In this document: positions 39,113-50,443 of the stretch, in pieces
How positions within the stretch are numbered: the first letter of the stretch is position 1
Layout: every line of letters begins with the position of its first letter
Source: Armatimonadota bacterium
GTDB taxonomy: Bacteria > Armatimonadota > UBA5829 > DSUL01
Direction of reading: 5' to 3'
DNA length: 64,000 bases
Assembly: GCA_039811685.1 (NCBI GenBank)
Contig: JBDHZC010000001.1
Location: 672,001-736,000, forward strand
Translations under genes and position numbers: made by a program
Notes under the pieces: generated by a model
The model's input: the letters and a program-made list of their open reading frames with translations, nothing else
Told to the model about the DNA's origin: nothing
The model's database searches: none

Positions 39113-41197
39113 TCACTTCTTACCGGGCGCCCGGGCGGCAGCTCTGCGCGCAGCGGGAGTAACAGGCGCGTCTTTGAGCGCCCCCTGAGGCAGTAGCTTT
39201 TTTAAGCGCGTTATTTCATCGCGCAAGAGAGCCGCCTGTTCAAACTCCAGATTGCGCGCCGCAGCTTTCATATCTTGCTCCAGCTCCGCCACAGTCACCA
39301 TGAGCTCATCCAGCGGCGCCTTCCCGTCACGGAGCTGCCGGGACCTGGACAAGGCAGGATTTTCCACTGCGGCGCTATCGGTCTTTGGTCCCATTCTTTC
39401 GGATTCGATCACGTCGCGAATTGCTTTTCGGATCGTCTGTGGGACAATCCCATGCTCTTGATTGTACTGCATCTGCACTTCGCGGCGCCGATTGGTCTCA
39501 TCAATAGCCCGCTGCATGGAGTCCGTCATCTTGTCTGCATAAAGCAAGACTTTACCCTGGACGTTGCGCGCTGCGCGTCCAATTGTCTGAATGAGCGACG
39601 TCTCGGAGCGCAGGAAGCCTTCCTTGTCCGCGTCGAGAATCGCAACCAGGGCAACTTCTGGCAAATCCAGCCCTTCTCGCAACAGATTGATACCGACGAT
39701 TACGTCATAAACGCCCAGACGAAGGTCTCTCAGGATCGCGATACGATCCAGTGTCTCAATTTCGGAGTGGAGATAGTGGACTTTGAGCCCGAGATCGAGC
39801 AGGTACTCCGAGAGGTCTTCGGCCATCTTCTTGGTGAGTGTGGTGACGAGCACTCTTTCGTTTCTCTCAATACGCTGGCGAATCTCAGCGATCAGATCGT
39901 CAATCTGGCCCTTTGTTGGGCGCATCACCACTTCAGGGTCCACAAGGCCAGTGGGGCGGATAAGCTGTTCAACGGTTCGCGTGGCGTGGCGCTTCTCGTA
40001 GGGCCCCGGAGTGGCGCTGACAAATATCGTTTGCCCCATCATGGTCTCGAACTCTTCGAATTTCAGCGGGCGGTTGTCCACGGCCGAGGGTAGCCGAAAG
40101 CCGTACTCAACCAGCGTTTCCTTGCGCGCCCGGTCGCCGTTGTACATCCCATGAATCTGGGGAATAGTCTGGTGCGACTCATCTATGAACAGCAGGTAGT
40201 CGTCCGGAAAATACGACAGCAAAGTGGCCGGCGCAGAGCCCGGAGGACGGCGATCGAAGATGCGGGAGTAGTTTTCAATTCCGTTGCAGTAGCCTACCTC
40301 ACGGATCATTTCCATGTCGTAGCGAGTTCGCTGCTCCAGCCGCTGCGCTTCCAGCAATCGCCCATGACGCTCAAAGAACTGGATGCGCTCGATCATCTCC
40401 TGCTCGATCTCTTTCAGTAGCTCTTCAAGGTCCTCAGCAGGTGTTACATAGTGCGTAGCAGGATAGATCGTGACGCGATCGTGGCTGTTTACGAGCTCTC
40501 CTGTTACAGGGTCCAGAACAGTAATCTTCTCTACCTCGTCCCCAAAGAACTCCACTCGCGTGATGATCTCTTCGTCGGCAGGCTGAATCTCAAGAGTGTC
40601 CCCCCGAACTCTGAAAGTGCCACGGCCTAGCGCCATATCATTACGAACGAACTGCATCTGAATCAGATTTCGCAACACGTCGTCGCGCCGATAAGACTCT
40701 CCGCGCTCGAAGGACAGGATCTGTTTCTTGTACTCCTCCGGCGAACCCAGCCCGTAGATGCACGATACACTGGCGACAACAACAACATCCCTCCGCTCCA
40801 GAACAGCCTGAGTCGCAGAGTGCCGCAACCGGTCGATTTCGTCGTTAATTGAGGAATCCTTTTCGATGTAGGTGTCGGTCTGAGGGACGTAGGCTTCCGG
40901 CTGGTAATAGTCGTAGTAAGAGACGAAATACTCCACAGCGTTTTCGCCAAAGAACTCGCGGAACTCACTGCACAACTGCGCTGCCAACGTCTTGTTGTGA
41001 GCAATCACGAGCGCGGGACGCTGCTCGCGCTCGATGACGTTCGCCATCGTATAGGTCTTGCCGGAACCTGTGACACCGAGCAAAATCTGGCGCTCTGCGC
41101 CTTCTCTAAGTCCTGCAGAGAGTCCCTCAATCGCGCGGGGTTGATCGCCGGTAGGCTTGAGCGGAGAGGTGATTCTGAAGTCACTTTTGGATGGCAT
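39113..41197 (-). CDS. uvrB: excinuclease ABC subunit B
   Basis: [32 protein letters not shown] and QTIGRAARN motifs; UVR domain. Confidence 0.98.
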   Translation of the reverse strand: MPSKSDFRITSPLKPTGDQPRAIEGLSAGLREGAERQILLGVTGSGKTYTMANVIEREQRPALVIAHNKTLAAQLCSEFREFFGENAVEYFVSYYDYYQPEAYVPQTDTYIEKDSSINDEIDRLRHSATQAVLERRDVVVVASVSCIYGLGSPEEYKKQILSFERGESYRRDDVLRNLIQMQFVRNDMALGRGTFRVRGDTLEIQPADEEIITRVEFFGDEVEKITVLDPVTGELVNSHDRVTIYPATHYVTPAEDLEELLKEIEQEMIERIQFFERHGRLLEAQRLEQRTRYDMEMIREVGYCNGIENYSRIFDRRPPGSAPATLLSYFPDDYLLFIDESHQTIPQIHGMYNGDRARKETLVEYGFRLPSAVDNRPLKFEEFETMMGQTIFVSATPGPYEKRHATRTVEQLIRPTGLVDPEVVMRPTKGQIDDLIAEIRQRIERNERVLVTTLTKKMAEDLSEYLLDLGLKVHYLHSEIETLDRIAILRDLRLGVYDVIVGINLLREGLDLPEVALVAILDADKEGFLRSETSLIQTIGRAARNVQGKVLLYADKMTDSMQRAIDETNRRREVQMQYNQEHGIVPQTIRKAIRDVIESERMGPKTDSAAVENPALSRSRQLRDGKAPLDELMVTVAELEQDMKAAARNLEFEQAALLRDEITRLKKLLPQGALKDAPVTPAARRAAARAPGKK

Positions 41198-41318
41198 AGC
41201 AGTGAAACGTAACAGGTAGAGTGAAAGTATCCAGCACCTATGTTACCTGTTACAACACGCGCTGCCAACGTTTTGTTCACCTGGCGTCGCCATCTGACCA
41301 GACACTCCGAGAAACGGC

Positions 41319-41352
41319 AAAGCCCGCCCCCGAAGCGGCTGGGACGGGCTTG
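41319..41352 (-). terminator. putative terminator closing the surface-protein locus
   Basis: Stem AAGCCCGTCCC/GGGGCGGGCTT with a weak U-tract. Confidence 0.5.
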
Positions 41353-41384
41353 CGTCTGAGAACTCTTGGACTGGCGGCTGCTGG

Positions 41385-42335
41385 CTAGAACGGAGGAGGC
41401 GGAGGATTGTCGATTCCGCCACCGCCATTGCTGGAGCCACCGCCGCCACCACCACCTCCAGAGGCCGCGATAATCAGACCCACCACCAGAGCGATAGCGG
41501 CAAGCGCACCGCCATTCTTCTTCTTTTTTCCGTTACCCGCCGTCGGCTGCGCCTTACCGTTTTCAGGCTGAAGAGGCTGACCCTGCGCCAGATTTTCATC
41601 CGGCGGACTGGACGACGGCGGAGGGACGATCTGTGAGGCAAGCTTCTCAGCCGCAGCATCCACAGCAGCGGCGGCAAGCTGTTGGTCGGTTCCACTGGTC
41701 ATAGACGTAGGCGTGGTGCCTGCGGCGGTGAAGTTGCTCACCGTCGCTCCAGTCGCCGCATCCACGACGCGCGCGCTAATACTGACTGATGCCTCCCGCT
41801 TGGTGCGGTCGATCTGCAGATCTTCGATAGCGCCGACGACAAACCGCGGCACACCCATCACCTGCGCGATCTTCGTTGCCTTCTGGATATCTTCGCCATC
41901 CAAACCGTAGGAGGGTTGGAGATCACTGTCTTTCAACACACCGTCTGCGCTGGCCCTCTTGATGGCCGGATGGCGATCCGAAAAAGAGAGACCGCTGTAT
42001 TCTGTACTGCGCAAGGTCGCATCCTTGACTACTTTTGCGACTGCCGGTCCAAGCACGCTGCTGCCCTGTTCCACGTCTGAGGAATTGAACGGAAACACGA
42101 GAAGCGGCAAAGTTGGTCCGCTGTAGGGCGCCTGCTTTGTAGCTGCTTTTTCCGTTTCGGCCGGCTTGGCAGTGTGCGTTGACGCCGGATGAGCGGCTGT
42201 CTCGGACGTGACAGGGGGCGCCTCCGCAGGTGTGACTCCTTGCGCAAATGCAGAGGTCGCCAGACCCAGCGCCAGCGCAGCGGCCGCCACTAGCGCCCTG
42301 CGCTCGACTGACTCATGTAATGTGCATCTTAGCAT
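41385..42335 (-). CDS. secreted CsgG/TolB-N-like domain protein with a C-terminal Lys-rich/hydrophobic/Gly-rich/PPPPPF tail
   Basis: Signal peptide (AFA|Q); LLVFPF..ATKIAQVMGVPRFVVGAI..SISARVVDAATG. Confidence 0.6.
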   Translation of the reverse strand: MLRCTLHESVERRALVAAAALALGLATSAFAQGVTPAEAPPVTSETAAHPASTHTAKPAETEKAATKQAPYSGPTLPLLVFPFNSSDVEQGSSVLGPAVAKVVKDATLRSTEYSGLSFSDRHPAIKRASADGVLKDSDLQPSYGLDGEDIQKATKIAQVMGVPRFVVGAIEDLQIDRTKREASVSISARVVDAATGATVSNFTAAGTTPTSMTSGTDQQLAAAAVDAAAEKLASQIVPPPSSSPPDENLAQGQPLQPENGKAQPTAGNGKKKKNGGALAAIALVVGLIIAASGGGGGGGGSSNGGGGIDNPPPPPF

Positions 42336-42412
42336 TTAGTTATCTATCGTTCCCTTCGCACTGCCGCTCTGATCACCGAAAGACCTTCGGCGCGCCCAGC
42401 AGCCAAACATTA

Positions 42413-45400
42413 TCAAGGTACCAACACTATCTGGCAATCCACCAGGGCACGCACCCAGTAGCCGCGCCCTGGATTCAGGTTTGCAGCACCCGCAATCAGC
42501 TCGTACTGCCGGCTTGTGCGGTTGTAAGTCCACGCGTAGCTGCGAATCCAGTTGTTGGGCGCTGCAGAGGCCTGTGCAAGGCTAAGCGTAGTGCCCTGAT
42601 AGCGCACCTGTACCCGTGACCAGTTAATTGGATTCACATAGACAGAGCTTATCTGGTTCCAGCCTGCCTTCAGGTCAACGGTGTACGACGTATCCTGCGG
42701 CCACAACCGGCCATTGGCATAGATGGTACCAGTTGTCGCAGGATTTATCCAGAATCCGGCTCCACCCTGTAGCTGAAGCGCAGAGCCACCCTCTGGCCAC
42801 ATCAGGTATTTTTCGAGGTCTGGCGCCCACTTCGCCAGCCGAAGCTGATTAGCAAACGAGCCGAATACATCGACTGGACTTGGACCGGATGGAATCAGCG
42901 TCAGCCCGAGCATATCTATCTGGTTTGCGACCACGTTGATCGGATAGCCGCCCACCGTAATACTCTGGCTTCTGGACTGTTGCGGGAAGCCGTTACCGCC
43001 AGCCCATGTCGCACTGATCGTCCAGACACCGCTCACATCTGCGACAGTCAGACTGGAAGAGAAACTCCCGTTACTCGCAGTGGTAATGTTCTTGGTTACC
43101 GTACTGCCGTCCGGCCTGCTTGCAATCAACGCTATGGCAGCCGGATTCAGGGACGCCGGACTCAGTGACCCGGAAACGCTGATGGTGTCTCCGAGGTTGG
43201 CCGAAGTGGGCGTGACGGTGATCGCAAGTGAAGCGCCACTGACGGTCGGGCCGGTATACACCGCAGTTCCGGCTGGAAGCCGCGTCGACGCAGACCCATT
43301 GGACCCCAGGAAGTAATACGTGTGACTCCCTGCGGAGAGAGTAACAGGTCCTGAGACGTATCGCATACGGCCCTGCACATCCACACCGCCCGTCCCGTAG
43401 GTGGTATCTCGCATCATAACGCGCGGCGAGGTGTCACTGTCGATGTAGACTCCGACACTGGTTGCGGGCTGAGCGCTGATATCTTTGTAGAGGACACTGT
43501 AAGTGAACTGCTGGCTGGATGGTCCTGAACCTGGACTGACTGAGCCGTTGGACAACTCAGGCGGAGTGACATTCTGCACAACCGGACCACTTTGGACTGG
43601 CGTTGAAGCAGACTGCCCACCGCCTATCGCTGTGAAGCGATAGCTGTGGTTACCCAGACCCAGGGTGCGAGACAGAGAATAGACTATTCCATCGCGCGCA
43701 TCGTTGTCGCCTGGATCCTTGGTCATGATGAAGGGCACGCCGTCGATCTCCACCCTGACCACTCCCGGATCGTTGTCAGCATCCGTATAGGTCACCGACC
43801 ATGTGAATATCGTCGTGGGCGTGCCATTCGCCGGAGTAACCCCCTGCCCCGCAAGAATGCTCAGCATCGGAGCAGAATTGACCGTGACCGATGGATCAGA
43901 AAGGCTGGACGCTGGCCAGCGAACTACAGTCAACCCCGCGCGATATCCGTCCGAGGCTTCAAAGTGGAATCGGTGTGTCCCCGATGGAAGCCCTGTCAGC
44001 CGCACGCGCATACGCGTGGGCTGCGTCCAGTCACTTACCGCACCCGTTGCAGGGACTAGCAGTCTGGACGGAAGGCTTGCGTCGTTGAACACCAGCTTCA
44101 CATAGCCGAATGCCCCGTTGTGCTCCCCTGCCGCATCCCCATCAGCATCAGAATACGTGACGTCAAACAGGAACAGATCGCTGGAGAATCCTGAGCTGGG
44201 CGTCACGACGCCGTTGCTCAGAACTGGGGGCCTGTTTCCTGAAGGCGCAGTGGCGTTGACCACGGGCCCGGTGAACTCGCTGATGAGTGGAAGCCTGACA
44301 ATTGTCGTCGTAGGAGGCGCAACCGCTGTGAAGTGGAAAGTGTGACTCCCAATCGGAACGCTTGGCGCCACGACCTGATAAGCCGTATTCACCTTGTAGT
44401 CGGTCTGAGCCGGGTTCTGCTTGGCCATCACCAGGGCTCCGACCATAACCGTATCACCGACAACAATACCCTGTGCCGAAGCGCTGTCTACAGCCAGCCA
44501 CAATGTGTCAACAGTATTGTCCATCACAACATAGACATTGCCACCTGCGACCGGGTTAGAGCCGACCAGACCAGTGTCAGGATCAGTCACCAGTCCTGTA
44601 GTCACCTGCATGAACTTGTTCGCAAGCTGGCCATCTGGGAAAGAAGCCCCGCCCACAGTGATTGTACTGCCGCTTACTGATGTCACCTTGCCGGACCAGT
44701 CAATTGAAGTAGGATTGTCAATATAGACCCGCGGATAGCCAATCTTCGGTGCGTCACCGTCAGCGTCCATATAGTCCACAGAGTACGTGACCGGAGTCCC
44801 AGGATCAATACCACCCACAGGGTTTGGACTTACGGCTCCGTTCAACAGAACAGGGTCATTGTTCACAATCGGCCCTGGAAGCGGCACGATGTTGCCGATA
44901 GTTGACAGATTGCTCCTGGACCCGTTCAGGTCAAACGCCGCAAAGCCTGTACCGTCTGAAGCCTCAAAGTAATAGAGATGCGAGCCTCCACTCAGGGTCG
45001 TTTTGTAAGTGAAGGTGACACCATTCCGATAGACAAGGTTGGACCCTGCCGGCGGCGTCATCGCAAAGGCCTGGCCGTCGATAACCACCCTCACAAACGA
45101 AGGCGCGTCTCCAGACTGTCCATCTGTATCCGTGTACACCACGGAGAAGGTAAATGGCGTCTGACTCGTGCCATCAATCTGCGAGCCAGGATTGTCTGGT
45201 GTGAACTTTCCGTTCGTCAGGCTTGGCGGGGTGTTCAGCCCAACTGCGGCCGGTCCAAGGTCGCCCCACCAGTACTCGACTTCAATCACGTCTGATGGCT
45301 GATTGACCTGAGTAAAGGTCACCTTTCCGTTGTTGAAGTCGATCCGGTAGTCACCGCGGTTGTAGTAATCCACCAGCACATCGCGAACTCCGGATGGCAG

Positions 45401-48400
45401 CGCCGTGCCAAGGGCAATAGCGCCTGTAGCAGCATTGTAATTGGACTGGCTACCAACGTTGTAGTAGTCTTTCAGCGTCGGATCCGACTGACTGGTTCTT
45501 GCGCGAACAGCAATGACCCGGTTCACAACCGCAGGGTCTACCGTTACTGTCAGTCCGGAAGGATTCACCGCAACATTGTCTGATGGAATAGTGGAGTTCA
45601 GTGTGGAGAAGAACTCTCTCACCAGCAGGTCGCCGTTTCTCTGGACTTTCGGCTCAATCAGCACGCCCGGATTTCCCGCAGCGCTTGCCGGTAATGGCCC
45701 GACCACCGGCTTATGAGCAAGCTGATATGTCTTGTTGTCGCTTGTTGAGCCGCCGCCCAGAATCTCTCCCGTGTCAGCAGAGCCTTCACCTGCCGGCTGC
45801 CGCGTCAGCGCCTGTGCGCTGGGTGAGTTAACAGGGTTGTAGCGGGTGACAAATGTTCCGTCAGAAGCCTGGAAACTATAGTAATAAATGATCGGAAGAT
45901 CGCCAGCCTTCTGCGCTCCGGCAAGCTTTGTCTGATACGTGTAGACGGCTCCGTCACTGTACACGTTGTCAGATGGATTACGCTTGACCATATCGTGCCC
46001 GCTGTCCCAGGAAATGGGATTAGAGGCATAGGTTACCCAGACATCCCGCCCTGTATTGGGCAGCGCTGTGCCAAGCGTAATTACGCCGGTATTCGCGTTG
46101 ACCGATCCGCCGGTGAAATAGTTCGTTCCCGTGCCGTCCGCATTATTCCAGACACCCGAGACACTTAGCACAGGCACAGCGCTTGTCTTCACCGTTGTTG
46201 TCGAACTCGGTGACAGACGCTCTCTCGTGCGCACATTCAGCGGATCTCCCGGGCTTCTCTGTGAACCGATGTAGACATTGATGTAGCTCGGCGCAACCTC
46301 GTTCTTCTGGGAGTAGGTGACTTCGTAAGTCCAGAGGGTATTAGGGTTCGAAGTTCCATCTGAAGAGGACACAGAACCACTCGACAAAAGCGGGCGCGCA
46401 GCTTCAGAAATGGTCGGCCCCGTCACCCACGCGGTAACGCCCGGAGTCTGAGAAGTCGGGTAGTTCACCAGCTCTCCGACAATCACGTCATTTGGATCTG
46501 TCAGGCGACCCCAGTCGTCGGTAAACTCGAATCGGAACCGCCTGTCGCCGATTGCAAAGGTCTGCGACTGCTGAGACGACAGCCTGTACTGGTACACAAC
46601 GCCCGTGTCATACGGCGGTTTGTAGTTGGCCGGAGGAGGCGTCGGATCGACTCGAGACATATCGACGCGAAGCTCTTTGCCCGGTTCCGTTTCGATGATG
46701 AGCTGCGCCTTGCTCGGACGCTGATTGTCCGGGTCCCTGTAAGTAACACTGAACACAAATTCCGTTCCCACGGGCCCGCTGGCCGGAGACACAGAAGGCG
46801 CACTGAGCACAGGAGCCGAGTTTACGTACGGTCCAGGGCAGTAGTCGTTGTTGTCGGCATTCGGCGCTTCACCGGGCACCCATGCGTCAACCCACCAGGA
46901 CGGCGACGGTTCAGGTGTTTCGCCGTCTTTGGGATTAGGTTTTTCGAGAACACGGCCATCAGGTCGAACCGGATAGCGAATCGCTCCAAATCCGGCGTCC
47001 GCTTCGAAATAGTAGGTATGCGGCCCCGCCGAAAGAGTCTTGGGACCAAAGCTGTAAATGACGCCGTTCTTGTAGTCCGCCGCCGTCGGATTGTAGCTCA
47101 CCCACAGCCCGTTCGGCAGTTTCTTTGTCGCGCTCATCTGGTAGCTGGTGTACGCGCCACTCGCATCTGAGCTGTTATTGATGAAAACGCGCACGTAGTT
47201 GGGAGCGCGACCAGCCTTGGTAACTGGATCTATCGACTGGTAGATGACGCGGAATGTAAACGCCGTAGAGGATGTTCCTCCTGCCGTCTCAATGAGCTGC
47301 GAGCCAGGCGCCCCGACGTTCTCATACTTCGCGTCTGCCGGCCCGGTAGAAGGATAGCTGAATACCGGACTTACGTAGCGTGTAAATGGCGACAGGGTGC
47401 CGAGGAAGCGCCCGGAACCGACCATCTCGGTAACGTCCACACTCTGAATCTGTGAGATCGGTATGGAGCCAGGATCTGGCGGCAATCCGGCAAGAAGTCC
47501 ATGGACAACAGGGTGAGCCGTAGCCGGGAATGTGTAACCCTGCGCACCAACCCCGGGCTGCAGACCTGTCTTGTCGACATAACTCAACTCATCAAGCAGA
47601 GTTGTGCTGGTAGGACTTTGGGGCTTGCCGGGCCGGTACACGGGTGGGTTACGCTCGAGCCAGTTCACTGAATCTGTTGGATCATCCATCCGAGGTTCTC
47701 GGATTGGCGCGTCCCAGCCCCCCGTGGCCGGTTTCGGGTGAGGGGACACTCCGAGGTCAATCACCCCGTTCTTCCAGTCAGCCATTGGATTTGTGAGCTG
47801 TCCCCCCGGAGAGAGACCACCCCAAGAATACTTTGTTAGCGAGTCGTCCGACGCTCCAAAGTAGTACTGATAAACGCCCGGAATCATGGAGACATAGTTG
47901 TTCGGGTTACTCCAGTACGGTACCCCGACTCGACCACGTCCAGGAATCTTCCAGCCCTGCATCCCGGCATTGGGCTCCACTTTGGCAATGAAAGCCCGCC
48001 ACGCATCCTTCAAATTTACGGTAGCCGGATTGGCTATGAACATACTGAACGGACGATAGTCCAGGTCTGTATCCTGCTTGTAGTACAGGATGACACCCGA
48101 AGGCTCCGACTGGAAGAAAGTTCCATAGCCATCAGCGTATGGCAACCACGGCAATGGGGGCAAATCTTCCGAATTGGTGTACTGAACGCGGAAAGAAAAC
48201 GTGTTTGAACTGTTACCGTCGTCCGGCTGCCCCTCCTTGAAGGGCACAAACTGCCGCGGATCCGCAACGGACTCAAAAGTCCGATTTTGATCTCTACGGT
48301 ATTGTTCCGCGACTAGCGGATCCCAGTCCTGTGGATCGGATCCGCCGATTGGCGAACGCATCGCCATCAGAAAATCCGCGCTTCCCCCGCCACCCCAGCG

Positions 48401-50440
48401 ACCAGCGCCACTATAGGAGTAGGCCACGTAGACAGGCTGAATTGCACTCGGGAGCTGCGTGCCCAGCGTAATCACACCAAGCGTGGTAAAAGAGCCGCCT
48501 GTGTAGTAGTTGGTGCCTGTCAAATCCGGATTGTCCCAGACTCCGAAGACATCCATCATCGAACCGAGTGGAGGAGTGACCGCGACGAACTCGCGTGTGG
48601 TCGGACCCACACGGTCAATACGGGTCGGATAGCCAAAGTGGGACCCGGCAACTGTGGCCGAGGACATATCAACAGTTTTTACGTCAGTATCAAGACGGCC
48701 AAACCGGGGCGAAGACGTATCGCTCACACGCCCAATACCCGGGTCATGCTTAATAAATCCAGCCGCCCATGTATAAGGAGAGACAGCCGGGAGCCCGCCA
48801 GGGTCGGAGGTGTACCAGATACCCGGAACACCCGCGCGCTCATTCACCAGGTTCAACCCGGCGGAACCACCCATCCCGTACCGATCCGGAGCCTGTAACC
48901 CACCCGAGAACGGCACCGAACTACTTGCCATTGTGCCCGGCGGGATAAACGGATCCATCGGCGTGTAGGGGTCCGGAGCCGTGAACTGACCACCGGGTCC
49001 TGAAAGCGCGATCGGCCCGACATAATAGATGATCTTTACACTTGTCACGGTAGGCGGGAGCGGCTTGGGGAGCACTATCTGTGCTGACTGCTCTCCGGGT
49101 CCGCCCGCGAACTCACCAGGTCCCAGTAACAAATCGTGGAAATAGTCACGCCCCTTGCTGTCAAATACGCCTGCAACGCCGATTACTGGCGAAGCCCGTA
49201 CGTAGAACGTCTGCCCGTCACCATACGGGTCAACAGGAACATTGGCTTCGACAACGCGACGCCCCGCCACATTAATGTTAACGCGCGGGTTAGTGGGGTT
49301 GAAGATCACCGGCCGATCATAGGTGTACCAGACCCATACCCCGCTACCTGCAAAATCGTCAGGGAGAGTGAACGTCAGTTCGTTAGTATCTTTGTCAAAG
49401 CTCGGTCTTGGAGCTCCGTCTGGGGGAGTAGTGAAATAGTTGGTTCCATCTCCATTGGCATTGTCAAAGATGCCCAGTATCTCAAGGACAGGGAACGTGC
49501 CAGGCGGCAAAATCTGATCAGGCCCCGGAGTCGGCGGCTCACCGGGCGTCACAATGGTGACGGAGTTGGGACCGGCGGTGGCTGGCGTATTCCAGTTCTC
49601 CATTTGTTCACCAGCACAACCAAAACCCGGGCTCTTTATTGTTCTCCAGCCCGCAGTCGGGTCTTCCGGCCCTGCCTGATCAATCAGGCGATTTGCAGGG
49701 TTCTGATCGAGAGGAAGTACGTCTCCACACGGAAATGGCTTCTCAGCCCGCGGCTTCTCAGGAGCTTTTCGAAGTGGATCGAAACTGACTCCAGCGGCAG
49801 TCAGCACCTCGTGATGGTTATCTGCGCCCACCATCGCGGCCGGCATGCGAATCTGGACTATGTTGTTCTTCTTTGTGACTACGTTGACAACGACCTGAGG
49901 CTGTGGCAGCGTGGCGGGAAGCGGAGTTCCAAGCGTAATCTCACCAGTAGCGAAATCGAATGTGCCGGGTGTTCCTGAGTCGTCGTAGAAGTAGTTCTTC
50001 TGTGTAGTGTCATCCGTCAGCCACACTCCGCCCACTGCCCAGAGCTGATCGTCTGAATCCAACGCAACAGTAACCGATCCATCACCACCGTTGGCGTCTA
50101 CAGCAGTCCATAGACCAACCCGGACTTCTTCGGGCCCGTGAAGGATGTAGTTGGCGCCGGCATAAGGCGCAAACTTGATCCCGTTAACCGAATAGTCCCA
50201 GTGAACAGACCAGTAGTATACTGAGTTGCGGGTCGCTTTCGGGGGGTCAACTTTGGGAGCGTCGAGCGTCTGGGCGCGGACAGACACAGCCTGCAAAGCC
50301 AGAACTGCTGTTGCCACACTCATCCAGGCTCGAGAGCGCACGAAGTCAGGCAGGGTTCGGCCGAACAGGCTCAACAGTCTCTGTCTGGTAAACCGATCTG
50401 TATTGAATACGCGCGTTTTCAGCAAATTCAAATGCTCCAT
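42413..50440 (-). CDS. giant (2675 aa) secreted repetitive beta-sandwich surface protein
   Basis: Signal-like N-terminus; ~9 repeats of PxLxxxxVxPxxG..F.F.V.Y.D.D..P..G.H.Y.F.ASDG; C-terminal GWNQI module. Confidence 0.85.
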   Translation of the reverse strand: MEHLNLLKTRVFNTDRFTRQRLLSLFGRTLPDFVRSRAWMSVATAVLALQAVSVRAQTLDAPKVDPPKATRNSVYYWSVHWDYSVNGIKFAPYAGANYILHGPEEVRVGLWTAVDANGGDGSVTVALDSDDQLWAVGGVWLTDDTTQKNYFYDDSGTPGTFDFATGEITLGTPLPATLPQPQVVVNVVTKKNNIVQIRMPAAMVGADNHHEVLTAAGVSFDPLRKAPEKPRAEKPFPCGDVLPLDQNPANRLIDQAGPEDPTAGWRTIKSPGFGCAGEQMENWNTPATAGPNSVTIVTPGEPPTPGPDQILPPGTFPVLEILGIFDNANGDGTNYFTTPPDGAPRPSFDKDTNELTFTLPDDFAGSGVWVWYTYDRPVIFNPTNPRVNINVAGRRVVEANVPVDPYGDGQTFYVRASPVIGVAGVFDSKGRDYFHDLLLGPGEFAGGPGEQSAQIVLPKPLPPTVTSVKIIYYVGPIALSGPGGQFTAPDPYTPMDPFIPPGTMASSSVPFSGGLQAPDRYGMGGSAGLNLVNERAGVPGIWYTSDPGGLPAVSPYTWAAGFIKHDPGIGRVSDTSSPRFGRLDTDVKTVDMSSATVAGSHFGYPTRIDRVGPTTREFVAVTPPLGSMMDVFGVWDNPDLTGTNYYTGGSFTTLGVITLGTQLPSAIQPVYVAYSYSGAGRWGGGGSADFLMAMRSPIGGSDPQDWDPLVAEQYRRDQNRTFESVADPRQFVPFKEGQPDDGNSSNTFSFRVQYTNSEDLPPLPWLPYADGYGTFFQSEPSGVILYYKQDTDLDYRPFSMFIANPATVNLKDAWRAFIAKVEPNAGMQGWKIPGRGRVGVPYWSNPNNYVSMIPGVYQYYFGASDDSLTKYSWGGLSPGGQLTNPMADWKNGVIDLGVSPHPKPATGGWDAPIREPRMDDPTDSVNWLERNPPVYRPGKPQSPTSTTLLDELSYVDKTGLQPGVGAQGYTFPATAHPVVHGLLAGLPPDPGSIPISQIQSVDVTEMVGSGRFLGTLSPFTRYVSPVFSYPSTGPADAKYENVGAPGSQLIETAGGTSSTAFTFRVIYQSIDPVTKAGRAPNYVRVFINNSSDASGAYTSYQMSATKKLPNGLWVSYNPTAADYKNGVIYSFGPKTLSAGPHTYYFEADAGFGAIRYPVRPDGRVLEKPNPKDGETPEPSPSWWVDAWVPGEAPNADNNDYCPGPYVNSAPVLSAPSVSPASGPVGTEFVFSVTYRDPDNQRPSKAQLIIETEPGKELRVDMSRVDPTPPPANYKPPYDTGVVYQYRLSSQQSQTFAIGDRRFRFEFTDDWGRLTDPNDVIVGELVNYPTSQTPGVTAWVTGPTISEAARPLLSSGSVSSSDGTSNPNTLWTYEVTYSQKNEVAPSYINVYIGSQRSPGDPLNVRTRERLSPSSTTTVKTSAVPVLSVSGVWNNADGTGTNYFTGGSVNANTGVITLGTALPNTGRDVWVTYASNPISWDSGHDMVKRNPSDNVYSDGAVYTYQTKLAGAQKAGDLPIIYYYSFQASDGTFVTRYNPVNSPSAQALTRQPAGEGSADTGEILGGGSTSDNKTYQLAHKPVVGPLPASAAGNPGVLIEPKVQRNGDLLVREFFSTLNSTIPSDNVAVNPSGLTVTVDPAVVNRVIAVRARTSQSDPTLKDYYNVGSQSNYNAATGAIALGTALPSGVRDVLVDYYNRGDYRIDFNNGKVTFTQVNQPSDVIEVEYWWGDLGPAAVGLNTPPSLTNGKFTPDNPGSQIDGTSQTPFTFSVVYTDTDGQSGDAPSFVRVVIDGQAFAMTPPAGSNLVYRNGVTFTYKTTLSGGSHLYYFEASDGTGFAAFDLNGSRSNLSTIGNIVPLPGPIVNNDPVLLNGAVSPNPVGGIDPGTPVTYSVDYMDADGDAPKIGYPRVYIDNPTSIDWSGKVTSVSGSTITVGGASFPDGQLANKFMQVTTGLVTDPDTGLVGSNPVAGGNVYVVMDNTVDTLWLAVDSASAQGIVVGDTVMVGALVMAKQNPAQTDYKVNTAYQVVAPSVPIGSHTFHFTAVAPPTTTIVRLPLISEFTGPVVNATAPSGNRPPVLSNGVVTPSSGFSSDLFLFDVTYSDADGDAAGEHNGAFGYVKLVFNDASLPSRLLVPATGAVSDWTQPTRMRVRLTGLPSGTHRFHFEASDGYRAGLTVVRWPASSLSDPSVTVNSAPMLSILAGQGVTPANGTPTTIFTWSVTYTDADNDPGVVRVEIDGVPFIMTKDPGDNDARDGIVYSLSRTLGLGNHSYRFTAIGGGQSASTPVQSGPVVQNVTPPELSNGSVSPGSGPSSQQFTYSVLYKDISAQPATSVGVYIDSDTSPRVMMRDTTYGTGGVDVQGRMRYVSGPVTLSAGSHTYYFLGSNGSASTRLPAGTAVYTGPTVSGASLAITVTPTSANLGDTISVSGSLSPASLNPAAIALIASRPDGSTVTKNITTASNGSFSSSLTVADVSGVWTISATWAGGNGFPQQSRSQSITVGGYPINVVANQIDMLGLTLIPSGPSPVDVFGSFANQLRLAKWAPDLEKYLMWPEGGSALQLQGGAGFWINPATTGTIYANGRLWPQDTSYTVDLKAGWNQISSVYVNPINWSRVQVRYQGTTLSLAQASAAPNNWIRSYAWTYNRTSRQYELIAGAANLNPGRGYWVRALVDCQIVLVP

Positions 50441-50443
50441 AGA

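Noticed and set aside
41262..41282. LexA box upstream of uvrB
   Set aside because: AACGTTTTGTTC does not fit GAAC-N4-GTTC or CTGT-N8-ACAG
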